Shown here: positions 1 to 11,289 of the stretch, one piece after another | Position numbering within the stretch: position 1 is the stretch's first letter | Layout of the letters: each line of letters begins with the position of its first letter | DNA from: Entomortierella parvispora E1425 | Lineage: Eukaryota > Fungi > Mortierellomycota | Assembly (NCBI GenBank): GCA_020891255.1 | Contig: BQFW01000007.1 | Location: forward strand, 1,922,001-1,986,000 | Direction: 5' to 3' | Length of the DNA stretch: 64,000 bases | The notes under the pieces: generated by a model | Told to the model about the DNA's origin: nothing | The model's database searches: none | The model's input: the letters and a program-made list of their open reading frames with translations, nothing else | Translations under genes and position numbers: made by a program

Positions 1-1400
1 AGGGCATCCGCGAACGTCTGAGTCGAAGTAAACAATTTCTCATAGGCATGGACCTGTTTATCAAACTGCTGTTGCCTCTCCTCTGACAGTTCACCTCGAG
101 CAAACAAAGAAGATTCGTTCTTGCGTTCCTGCTTTTTCTTTTCCTGTATCAAGAAAAAAAGGGACCCACTGTCAGTGCTGCGGTTGATTCTCCATTTTGT
201 TTCTATTATCCGCAGTTGCTCAAAAGTACCTTATGATCGCGAACGAGATGCGGCTCCAAACTTTTGTAGTATTCCAAGAACATGGACTTGAACAGCTGCT
301 GTTGTACCGGAGAGACATTGGATTCTGTTGATGCTGCCTCTTCTCCAGTTGCAGGCTTGCTGTCTGCCTCTTTGCCTTCTGGGGTCACTTTTGCCTTTCG
401 TGGGGTGATACCAGTCAAGTCCTTGCTATGAATCTTCAGAACTGTCAACAGAATTGGCAAGTTGACATGCTCCTTGTCCCCTGCAAGCTATTCCATTAAA
501 AACGAAGATCGTGATGAGTGCCCTGTTTTCCATCGATCAATCCGTGGGAACACACCACAGCAGCCATAACTTTGCCTCTTTGCCATACCAAATCATGTAG
601 GATAACATAAACAAAGTTGGGAGATGCTTTGGAGCTGTCTCCGGCATTTCTGGGATCCTTGCTACCATTGACAAGTAAAGCGGCGACACTGTCCTTGGCC
701 GCCTGTCCACTCTTGCTCGAGACGCCTGCCGACCCTTCCGCACTCAGGGTGGCGACGCCATCCTCTGCATTCCGTAGGACCCTGGCGAGCCAGAGATCTG
801 TCGCGACACGACAAAGGTTGCGTTGACGAGAAATCCTGGAAGCCTCTTCCTTCTCGCGTTGCTCTGGTGTCGATCCGGCTTGAGCCAGTTGCTGGTGAGT
901 CAATTTGGGCGAAGGGGCCAAGGCTTTGGCCAGGTGGTAGGTGAAGAGGAGGGTGAACGTGTCGGGGAAGCGCTGATGCAATGCTGAAATGACGTCCACA
1001 GCGGCGGCGACATCGACCGCCCGACTGCATCGCAGGAGACCTTCGAGGATGGCAGCCACGATCTCGGAGATGTACTTTTCCAAGCTGAGCTTCTTGATGT
1101 CGTTGAGCAACTGAGGCGCGACATCGGCGGTGAGGCCAGCCTTGCACTTTTTGATGAAGGCCGTGTTCTTTTTGATGTTGGAATCAAGGTTCTTGAGGGC
1201 AGAGGGATCTATGAGGGACATGGATGGAAACAATGCGAGATTTAGCAACCACGACCTGGGCGTGTCATTGGCCATGGCATGGAACGCAATGCTGTCTAAT
1301 GCGATTCAATGCGATTCAATGCGATTCAATGCGAATCCTGACCTGGCTTGGTCAGCCATGCCGCCAAATTGGCCTGTCGAAGGTCTTGTCGGTTCGCCAC
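1..1400 (-). CDS. UPF2: Nonsense-mediated decay factor Upf2/Nmd2, 5' part (MIF4G-1); gene continues past the left edge; true start uncertain
   Basis: ORF 496..1275 contains LDSNIKKNTAFIKKCK...LSLEKYISEIVAAILEGL...ALHQRF, the Upf2 MIF4G-1 signature. Downstream exons give LEYYKSLEPHLVRDHK and LFARGELSEERQQQF, matching Upf2. A GT-AG intron at 1342..1209 joins an upstream exon (VANRQDLRQANLAAWLTKP) in frame to DPSALKNLDS. Confidence 0.93.
1298..1334. repeat. 10-bp tandem repeat (GCGATTCAAT)x3 plus partial copy, inside UPF2 intron 1
   Basis: Exact copies at 1301-1310, 1311-1320 and 1321-1330. Confidence 0.95.
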
Positions 1401-1509
1401 GATTGCAGATTGGAGGATGGAGGAAAGGGAGTGTCCGATTGGTCAGGAGAAATGGAGTAGAAGGAAAGAGGGCGATGGGGGGTTAGCAAAAGAGGAGCAG
1501 GCGATCAAA

Positions 1510-1552
1510 GAAGAAGAAGAAGAAGAAGAAGAAGAAGAAGAAGAAGAAGAAG

Positions 1553-1581
<29 letters not shown>
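1510..1581. repeat. Perfect (GAA)24 trinucleotide microsatellite between UPF2 and SMG1
   Basis: 72 uninterrupted nt of GAA, read directly from the sequence. Confidence 0.97.
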
Positions 1582-1585
<4 letters not shown>

Positions 1586-2177
1586 AAAGAATGACAAGGA
1601 ACGAACACAACACAACACAGCACATGCAGGACAGGGCAGGACAGGACAGGACAATTCGCCCATGGGGATCATTCAATCAATTGTCACATGGCATGATCGC
1701 TTCCTTCCTCCTTTGAGCCGTTTCTTCTTTTTTTTCTTCTCCTTCTTCTCCCTTCCTCTTCTCTCTTTGCTTGCTGAATCCCATTCATCTTTTTTGTCAT
1801 CGTCAAGGCAGATTCGATCTGTCTTTCTTCTTCGTCTTTCTCCTTCAGTCAGCCCTTGGCTCTCCTTCTCTCCACCGTCGCATTCTTCTCCCCGTCCCAT
1901 CCATGACCAGGACGCGCTCGCTGCATCTAATCTCTTTGACAACGACTCCTTCACTAAACAAACCGACATCCCTTCCTAGGGCCCTTTTGAATCCCAAAAC
2001 AATGCAAATGAATACTCGTTCGATCAGATCATCCGCCCTTGCCTGAAATCGACCCTTTCTCCTTTCTCTTTTCACCTGCGCCTCGTCGCCCGTTTCCTCT
2101 GCTTCGCCTCTTTCTTTCCCTTTTTGATCCCACCCTTTCTTCTCTCTCCCCACAAGCCCAGCGCCTTTTAACCCACC

Positions 2178-5100
2178 ATGGTCAGTATCAACGCAAAGTG
2201 CTAAGAAAAAGAAGGAAAAACTCGCTGTTGAAGCTCACCGCAGTCTCTGCAAATGGTTTGCTTCCTCATAGAAGAGCACGCATCGTCGCCCGCAGCCAAA
2301 GAACGCGGCTCTCGTGCCCTCTTACGCACCGACATTTGTGCCCATGCCCAAGCAAGAGCCGGAAGGACTGCGGCCAAACCATGGTATGCGGCCTCGGAGC
2401 AAATCCACAACGACGCGCCAAGGACGCTCTCCACTTCCAGCTGACTGAACGGACTCTCCTCCCCTTTTTTAGGCGTCAAAGTGAAGTACGATCTCCAGAC
2501 TGCCACCATGATGCTGGAAGAGATAGAAGATGCTTTGGATAGGACAGCGGATAGCACCGGTCTGGTTCAGACCTTGGACCAGCTCCTGGTCTTGTCAGGA
2601 CAGCAGCCTATAGCATGGGAACCTAAATTCAGGGTAAACTACCAGGACCTGCGACCACATGCCTGGCCCGACAGTAGAATTTTATCCGCTTGCTAACTCG
2701 ATGACTTCCACTTTTTTAAGGGCATTATTGACTTGCTTGTTGGATGGCATGTTGACCTCGGAACAAATGCAGCAGTGAGGAAGCGTATCAGTGGTAGGCT
2801 CCACCTTTCCTTTTCTTCCCTTGACAACCGCTGCTCTATGCCTCAACTCGAAACCTTACAGATCGACTCGTTCTGGATGCAATAGATGTTCTCTCCTCCT
2901 TTTCGATGCAGTGGACGAGCGCCGCAGACTTTGGTCAAGATCTTTTAGAATTTTTCATCAACGATATCGACTGTATCATTGCGGACTCTGCTACAGCTAC
3001 TGGAGCTCCTTCATCGATGGAGACTGCGGTTTTGCTCATGAGGTACTTTTTGAGTTTCTTAACCTCTGTGAAAAGTCTGGGAGAGAATTTAGGCAGTTGC
3101 TTTTACGGAGAAAAGCATTGTCGCTTACTGTATACATTTTCTTTTATCACAGCTGTTTCAACATCATTGCCAAAGCACTCATTGGTCATGCCTACATGTC
3201 CCTTGACCGCCTTGCCGCTATTCAGGAGAGAACAGTCGGAGTGATTGCAAGAATGGACACCTCCTACAAACCCTGCATAGCCGCCGGTATGAAAAAAGAG
3301 CATCAAATAACGACAAATCCGTTGCTCTCTCATTTCTGACCCTTGGACTTATTTCTAGGCAACGATATCATCTTGACCCTGAGCCAAGGGGATGCGTCCT
3401 CGTTTTATACCCTGCAGCCTAAATCGCTGCATTTTATCATCAAGCAGCTCAACCCTCAGGCGGACAGGGCAACATGGCGAGGCATGGTCAAATACACTAA
3501 AAAGGTTGGCTCTAGCAACGGTTCTGTAGCTTCGCCTTATATATCTACAAGTATTCTAACAATATCTCGTGCGAAAATAGATTCTTGGATACTGGCGACC
3601 GCACATCCACCATGAGGTCATGCACGAACTATTGCATGCAAAGAGTAGATTGATGCAAAGTCGTTGGCGTGTGTCAGGAAACGCGGATCGGGCCCAGGAT
3701 GTACTCGACATTATTCTTTTGGCGCTACCTGCTACACCCCCAGATGAACCGGACATACCGCCCATTGATAAATCTGGCCCACTTGGCGCTGCATGGATCA
3801 GTATCATGGATGAGCTCGAGCAGATCCTTCAACGCCTCTCCGCCAGCAACTTTCTGTCAAATCGGGAAGATTTCAGATCTGCCCTTCAAAACTCAAAACT
3901 GTTACACACAGATGTGCCGTTATCGAAATATGAAAAGCAGGATGTGATTGAACATTCGACAGACAGAGACCTCGTTGTCAATCTCACTATTGATACCATG
4001 CTTCTTGTGGAGATTTCAAAACACACGGAAATCACTTTCACTATGCTTGTGCGCCTATTGGAGCAGCTTTTGGTCGTACCCGAGGAACGTCTGACAGTTG
4101 TCCTCTATGCCCTCAAGGAAATATCTGAAGGGTAAGTATTTCTGTTTGCTCTTCTCCACCTCGGACGAGTCAAGCATCTTTACTCAATTTTTTACTTTTT
4201 GCTTTTAGGCAAGATCATTACGCACCAGGACTGTTTGAGAGCAACCTTTCAGAACATTCGGACTCAATATCAACGACAGCTCTTGGCAAAATACATGGAT
4301 TCGTTCAGGCTCTTGTTTCTCAGTGGCGCTTATTACCAAGTGCTATGAAGATCTGTATTATTGCCTGGGATGCCAGTATAAAGACCACAATTCGTATATT
4401 CCGTCCTGTCGACAATGTGGCCAGAATGTGGAAGGCCCTTAAGAACTGGCACTCGTCATTTCTCCCCAGGCTGATCATCATAGCAGGTACCTTATTTTGG
4501 CTTGTGCCGTAGCATGGTGTTGATGGATTGTGAGTTGTAATTGTTATATTTTTTTGTGGCGATGTAGGCATTGAAGAAGACGAACTTATTCGAAGGCATA
4601 TGGCGATCATGTTCGAGCAGTTCATTCTAACCTATGGATCTATGAGCATCGGTCCAGATCTCCTAGTGAGCATGATCGACAGGTACGTGGTTTTATCTAT
4701 CTCATACATAGACCGCCTATATCAACTTTGAAACTAAGCCCGAACTCCTCCCTTGATATGCAGATCAACAGATGTGTCGTCTCAAGTGGGTGACGCATGG
4801 AGTAAAGTTGTCTTCCAGTCGAATCCGTTCGAGTTTGCGTTCGACTGCTACAATCGCCATGACAAGGATGTACTACAGACGCTAAAAGTAAGAACTACTC
4901 TGCAGATCTTGAAAATAACTCTGACCCATCTGCCCATTAATGCTAACCACGCCTGGGGGATTCTTTTTAGCTTCTGGTACTGAAGACACCAAACTCGGGA
5001 ATATTTCGATACCCGCACTTTTCGATCGTTCTTTCCTCCATGACTCTCTCTGGCGATGAGTCGGTAAGGGGCAGTACCGTCAACTACAGGAATGGTGATA

Positions 5101-8100
5101 TGCTTCAACGACTGTTTCACGCTTGTCAAGGTAGGGAAACCTTGGCAAGGGTGAACGCGGATAGTAGCTCTGGTAAGCGAAGGATTTCCAACAATGCAAT
5201 GATTCGTGAAGTGATACTTCCCAGCACAATAACACCATTTGTTATACGCTGCTGTAGATACGGTGTCGAACGATCAACTAGCGGTCTTCCAACACTCTCA
5301 AAATTTGTTGCGATACTGGGCACTTTGGGAAACAGCTCGTTACTGTGTACTGTCGCGGTTGAGGACGCCATTTGGTGGACCTCAGCAGACTTTGGATGCT
5401 TTAGAGAAGCACTTGAATTCTCTCCTGCGGTCGGATCAAAAAAAGATGGACAGCGATGCAAGGTAAATCGAAGGGCATTGTATTTCCTGTACTGCACCGT
5501 TGTCGTCGGCGCCGCTGATTAACTTGGGCTGTTTCGATAGATTGAACCCCCTGCGAGACTTTTTGAACTTTTTGGATCGCCTTGAACTTCAGTTCTACAA
5601 TGCTGCTCAAGGAACAGCCTTGGGTGTAATTCCGTTGGCTCCAAAGCCTACTATTGTTTTTGCACGGTCTAACAAAAGGATGTGGGATGAATGGTTTGCC
5701 CGTGTGCGGAGACGCACGATTGAAGGTGCCAAAGCTACAGACGAGCACGAGCTAGTGATTCGTCATGGATATATGGTAAGGGGAGGAACCTATGGATCTG
5801 ACAGGTTCCCAGGCCAGAATCTAATGAAAAACTAAATTGTAGCTTCTGTCAGAGTTGTTTGACTCCCTCAGCCGGGGGGCTGTGAGTGACATCATTCCAT
5901 GGATCGATGATTTCGAGCTACTTCTGGTTGATCTGGGTAAGTGTCAATTCCACTGCCAGACCACATTCTGCATCTTTTCTCACACGTGCCGCTAACACAT
6001 CACCTTGGGTGTATTCTAGTCGAAGCTCTCATTGCCACCAATTCCGCAGATGCCATCACGGGGCTCCAAGTATGGTGTCGCCGTGCTATTAAGGACTTGA
6101 CTAAACAGACAGGTGGAAGATCGCGCCATTCGCGGTCTGATAAATCCTCGCAGCGTAAGTTCCCGTGCTCTAGCTGCTCCCAAGGTCAAAGACCAGCCAT
6201 ATGACTGACTGAGCTGTATCATGCTGAAAATGTAGATCTGAGGTTCAAAAATGCATGTCTGAACGAAGTGCAGGCCGCGGCACTCTCTCAGATTTCTTTA
6301 GACTGGATCGCCACAGCAGTTTCACGAGCGCAGGTACGTACGCAGGATTTTTTTTTTTTTTTTTTTTTTTTTTGAAATTTCGGACTACAGGACTTTTCAC
6401 TGACTTTTGCGTCGGTAATCGTTTTAGCATCGATATGAACAGTTTGCAAAGGATGCAGTCCCTCTTGTAGGGTCGTACTCAGAGGGTCAATCTGCCGATG
6501 ATATCACACCGCCTGAAGAATTTCTTTCGCGGCAGATCTCTGCTGGTCTCGGTGATTTGTGCAGCTACAAAGATCTCCAATCGTTCCTAGATTCAATACC
6601 CATTGATGTCCTCTCCGACCAGACCTACCCTTGGAGTGGAGATGCTATGAATCAAAGTCTACGACGGTACTGTGCAGAGGATTCGACTGAAGCTTGGAAA
6701 CACCTCGAGGACTACTACAGTGTGGAAAGCAAAGAGTTACATGAGCTGGAATTGACTCCTCTTGAACAAAGCGCAGTCCATGGAAGGAACTTTCTCTTTG
6801 CCTCCAAGATTTATCAGCAACACAGTGCCAGCACTCTGGACCTGGGTCATCTACGTCAGGAAGCGGCCGCGTTCGCGCGCAAATCGGCTGAATTTTCGTT
6901 TGGAAGTGGTCTGGGCCATGCAAATACAAAGTACATGGATATTATGATGCTCAATACGGCCGAGTCAACAATGCCTATGGCCATGAAGGAGCTTATGGAT
7001 CAACTCGCTCAAATTCCGGACGAGCTGAAGATGAATCTTTTAAACAAGGATCTGAGGAACTGGGTCCGACTCGATACCATGGTCAACCTCGCTAAAAAAC
7101 AAGTTGGAAAAGACGATACATGCTTTGTGAAACAAGCAAACGAGTTCAAATTCTTGCTCTCCAAGATTGCACGAAGGACAGACTGTCACAGCTTCGCGAG
7201 TGACATCCCAAGGACTTGGGAAGGCGCCCTGTCGCCCGAGATTCAGTTTGAGGAGGCCAAAGCGGCGATGGCAAAACACGACTATACAACAGCATTAGAG
7301 TCCTCCAGACGAATATTGGACAGGATGCAGCAAGGGACAGATATGCCAATACAGGCTTGCACGCCGGCAGTTCTACTGGAGAGCAAGATCTATCTAAAAC
7401 TGGCCAAGTGGTCCCGTTCTTCCAAACCTTCTTTCTCAGCAGATCATTTGGAGACATTTGAGAACATTATCGGCTTGGAGCATGACATGGCGGAACAACT
7501 TCCTGCGCGAATTGAGCGGATCACCTCCAGCTGCCTTCAAAAGGCGATCGAAATTGGATCTGACTACCGAAAGTCTTGGTTTGCATTTGGAACTCATCAT
7601 TACAAGCAAGGTTGGGGAATCTTGGATGAGCTTGGATCATTCCGATTCCATCACCCCGTAGCAACAGCTGCCAATGAAACTCTCAAGGGCATACTGGTCG
7701 CGGCGGGCATTGATCACCCAGCCGATCACTCCAAGGTATTTTTTTTTTTTTTTTGAGTGCAGCTACTCGGTAGAATGTTGGGGATACTTATTGTCTAATT
7801 CACTCTGAATGGATCTAGAACATCTTTTCTGTGTTCGTGAGGCATTGCGCTTCCGGTCAACCATTTGACGAGACGTCAGCGTACGAAAGTATTCGAGCCC
7901 ATCTGCTCAAGATTGAGGGACTGTCGGCAGCTGAGAATGTGATTTCAGAAATCATTGGTTCTTTCCAGACTCTGCTCTTGCGCATCTTGGAAACCTATCG
8001 ATTGGCTATTCGGGGTTACTTCAAGTTTCTTCAGTTTGCCTCTCTTGAATTTGATTGCAGGCAGCCTGGGTCAAAGGTACGCTTCCCACCAACACATTTT

Positions 8101-10777
8101 TGCGGCTTACAACACAAAAAACATTGACCCATTTTTTTTTTTTTGACTAATTAGAACGTGTTGGAAGAGGACGACTCAACACAGCAATCTCAGTCAGCAA
8201 TCACGGACGAAATTACAGCCACTCTGCGACTGCTTCGACTGCTGGCAAAACATGGCGCACAACTCTACGACGTGTTTAAAGAGAACCTAGTCGATATCAA
8301 TGTTCGACCTTGGGCGAACATCATTCCACAATTGTTTGCGCGTCTCGATCACCCAGAGCAGCCTGTACAGTCCTTGATTGCAGATCTACTCTGCAAGATT
8401 GGCGATCAAAGCCCTCAGCTGATTGTCTTTCATTGTGTGGTGGGCAGTAACTCTGCACACAACAGTCTGGTACAGCGAAAATTGCTCCGCCATATTGGCG
8501 AGGCCTTGACACGAACCCACCCCGAACTGGTGACACAGGTTCAACATTTGGTTCGAGAACTTGAAAGAGTCACAGTGCTGTGGGAGGAAATCTGGTTCAA
8601 AAAGATTATGTCGGGCGTTCCGGAACTCAAGGCTGCCCTTCAAGATCTGACTGAACAATACCAAGGTCTGGAGGTGATATCTGGACTGGGGCCGGAAGAG
8701 AAACACACGGTCATGTATGACAACTATCAACAGACTGTGATCCCACTCTTGGCGACATTTGAGAGCTTGCAGGATTCGAACGCAAGACCGGAATCGAACC
8801 ATGAACGGTGGTTTATTTCAGCTTTCAGGGATCGAATCCAGGATGCGTTGGAGAGCATGCGCTCCCCGAAATCTTGGAGCAATATGTATGAGGGTCTGGC
8901 GAAACTGAAAGAGGTAAATATTTTCTTTTTTCTTTTTCTTTTTAATATTTTGTTTTGCTGTTTGCCTCTACAAGAAACAAAACTAATGACCGCCAATACA
9001 CTAGATCCACAGCGATCTTGGAAAGGAAGTGATGGGGTCGCGCGTGCTCCAACTCGCAGACCTGAGTCCTGAACTGGCGTCGTTGCAGTCGTCTCTCATT
9101 GAAGTCCCCAACCAATCTACAGGAGTGACCATTCAGTCTTTTGATCAACAAGTTGTTGTGATCCCGACAAAAACCAAGCCAAAGAAACTGAGTTTGATGG
9201 GCTCGGATGGAAAACGATATACGTATTTGTTCAAGGGACTGGAGGATCTTCACCTGGATGAACGTGTGATGCAATTGCTCCGGATCTCGAATGGCATGCT
9301 TGTTCGCGACAAGGAGTCCAATTCAAGACAGCTGAGCGCACGGCACTATGCGGTCGTTCCTCTGAGTGACAACTCGGGCATGATTCAGTGGGTCGAGAAC
9401 ACCGTATCTATCTTTACCATTATTGCAAAATGGCAACACCGAGAGTTGATGTGCAATCGTTGGATGAACGACGATACAGGGACTTCAGCAGGACCGCAAG
9501 TGCTCCAACGCGCCACGGAAGTATATAACGAGAAAGCAGCTGCGGCACTCAAGAAGGCCGGGCTGCCAACAAACCATCCTCGAAAGCTTTGGTCGAAGTC
9601 CATGCTTGTGGATCTTTACCAGGAGATGGCTAGCGAAACCCCGGCGGATCTGCTGGAACGTGAACTTTGGGCATCAAGTCCGACGTTGTCGGAATGGTGG
9701 CGCAAATCAGTTCGATTCTCACGGTCGACGGCCGTCATGTCGATGATTGGATATGTGATTGGGCTCGGCGACCGGCATTTGGATAATATCTTGATTGATT
9801 TCACGACAGGGGATATGGTCCACATTGATTACAACGTCTGCTTTGAGAAGGGTCGTCGACTTCGCATCCCCGAGATTGTGCCCTTCCGACTGACTCGTAA
9901 CATGCTGACAAGTCTGGGCGCGACGGGTGTTGAAGGCAACTTTAGGATCGCGTGCGAACAGACGATGAAGGTCATGCGAAAGAACAAGGAGATCTTGGTG
10001 ACGCTCCTGGAAGCCTTTGTGTACGATCCCCTTGTGGATTGGCAGGTGGATGTGAATGCTGCTCAAGGAGGAGCTGGAGCACCTGGAGCTCCCACTGGAG
10101 TTCATGGAGTGACAGCAGCCGACATGGGAAGCTTGGTATCGACTGGCCCAGGCGCCAACAGCAGCACTACCGACCTTGCGTCTTTGTTGTCTCGAGATGG
10201 ACTCCAGAGTTTGGCGGTAGACAGTGAAAGCGAGAGCGGCAGTGTGGTCTCGAGCTCGACCTATGCATCAAGAAATCGTCAGCGGGACTCGAAGGCATCC
10301 CTTGACAGTAATTCGGCCCGGTCCATGGGCCTTTGGCGGCGGCCCTCGACGGACAGTCTGGTGTCGGTCAGTAGTAGGAGTATCCAGTCAATTTCCACCA
10401 ATGCTACGACGGTAGAATCAAGCTCCAAGAGCATCACCGCCGGAGGCGGTCGCTGGAACACAGGCGCAGGCGATCCATTGGTGGATTCTTCAACGGGACA
10501 TTCAAATGGTGGCGATGGTGGTACGAGTACCATGTCCCTCCAGGCACACCCTCCTCCTCACCAACAGCAACCACAGCAACAACAACAGCCTCCGCTGCAT
10601 CAGAGAAACGCGTACGCGGTCAATATCCTGCGACGGGTACGACACAAGTTGGAGGGACGTGATTTTGATCCAGCCAAGAAGTGCAAAGTAGCGGAGCAGG
10701 TGGATCGGGTGATTCAGGAAGCGACGCAGGTGGAGAACCTGGCCAACATGTATGAAGGGTGGACTCCATGGTTGTAG
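2178..10777 (+). CDS. SMG1: SMG1 PIKK-family serine/threonine kinase (NMD, Upf1 kinase), about 20 exons
   Basis: Exons traced by eye give FRGIIDLLVGWHVD, WALWETARYCVLSRLRTPFGGPQQT, LDRLELQFYNAAQG, WANIIPQLFARL, VLWEEIW, kinase YLFKGLEDLHLDERVMQLL...GLGDRHLDN...HIDYNVCFEKG, and FATC QVDRVIQEATQVENLANMYEGWTPWL*. These fit SMG1 rather than TOR/ATR. Proposed start is ATG 2178-2180 followed directly by a GT-AG intron 2181..2271 (start less certain than identity). Last exon is 9005..10777. Confidence 0.95.
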
Positions 10778-11289
10778 AACAATAAAATAAGTAATATTGG
10801 CAGGTGCATGGGCACAGCAATCATAGAAGGATACAGTACCGACGATGCGGTGTGGCGGTGCTGACTATGCCACAACCTTAATGGCCACAGCATGAGGTCA
10901 TTGCTGGGGAATGGGAGTTTGCAGCTCCGAAGTCGAACGGTCCAGGAGAAAGGGGACCATGCCGCATTGGGCCACAAGGAGAGAGGAGAGACCGAGAGAG
11001 TCGAGAGCATGGCACGAGGTAGCGTGGGTGTGGCTGTTGTCTGTGGAAGGACAAGAAGATGACGAAGGGAGAAACAAATCCTGGGTTGAGCAGGCGTTAG
11101 TCAGCCGCGCTTCTCGTTTCTTCTCTTTCACCATCGCTCCATCCACTCGCTTTTTGGTTTCTTCATTCATTCATTCACTTATTTCAACCATTTCACCCAT
11201 TCACTCGTCTCACTCACCCACGCATTTTACATTTACTCTTGCACGTACAACCCAACACCTACCTGGACAGTTTGTTACCCACACTGACA

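Noticed and set aside
496-1275. ORF-track start MANDTPRSW as the UPF2 N-terminus
   Set aside because: 1209-1342 has a donor, branch-like GCTAAAT and an acceptor, and the upstream exon gives a more Upf2-like helix. Kept only as an alternative model.
6347-6373. Long poly-T/poly-A runs in many introns (also 23356-23383, 31405-31432, 50875-50898)
   Set aside because: Recurrent background feature of this genome; no target-site duplications or element bodies that would indicate retro-insertions.
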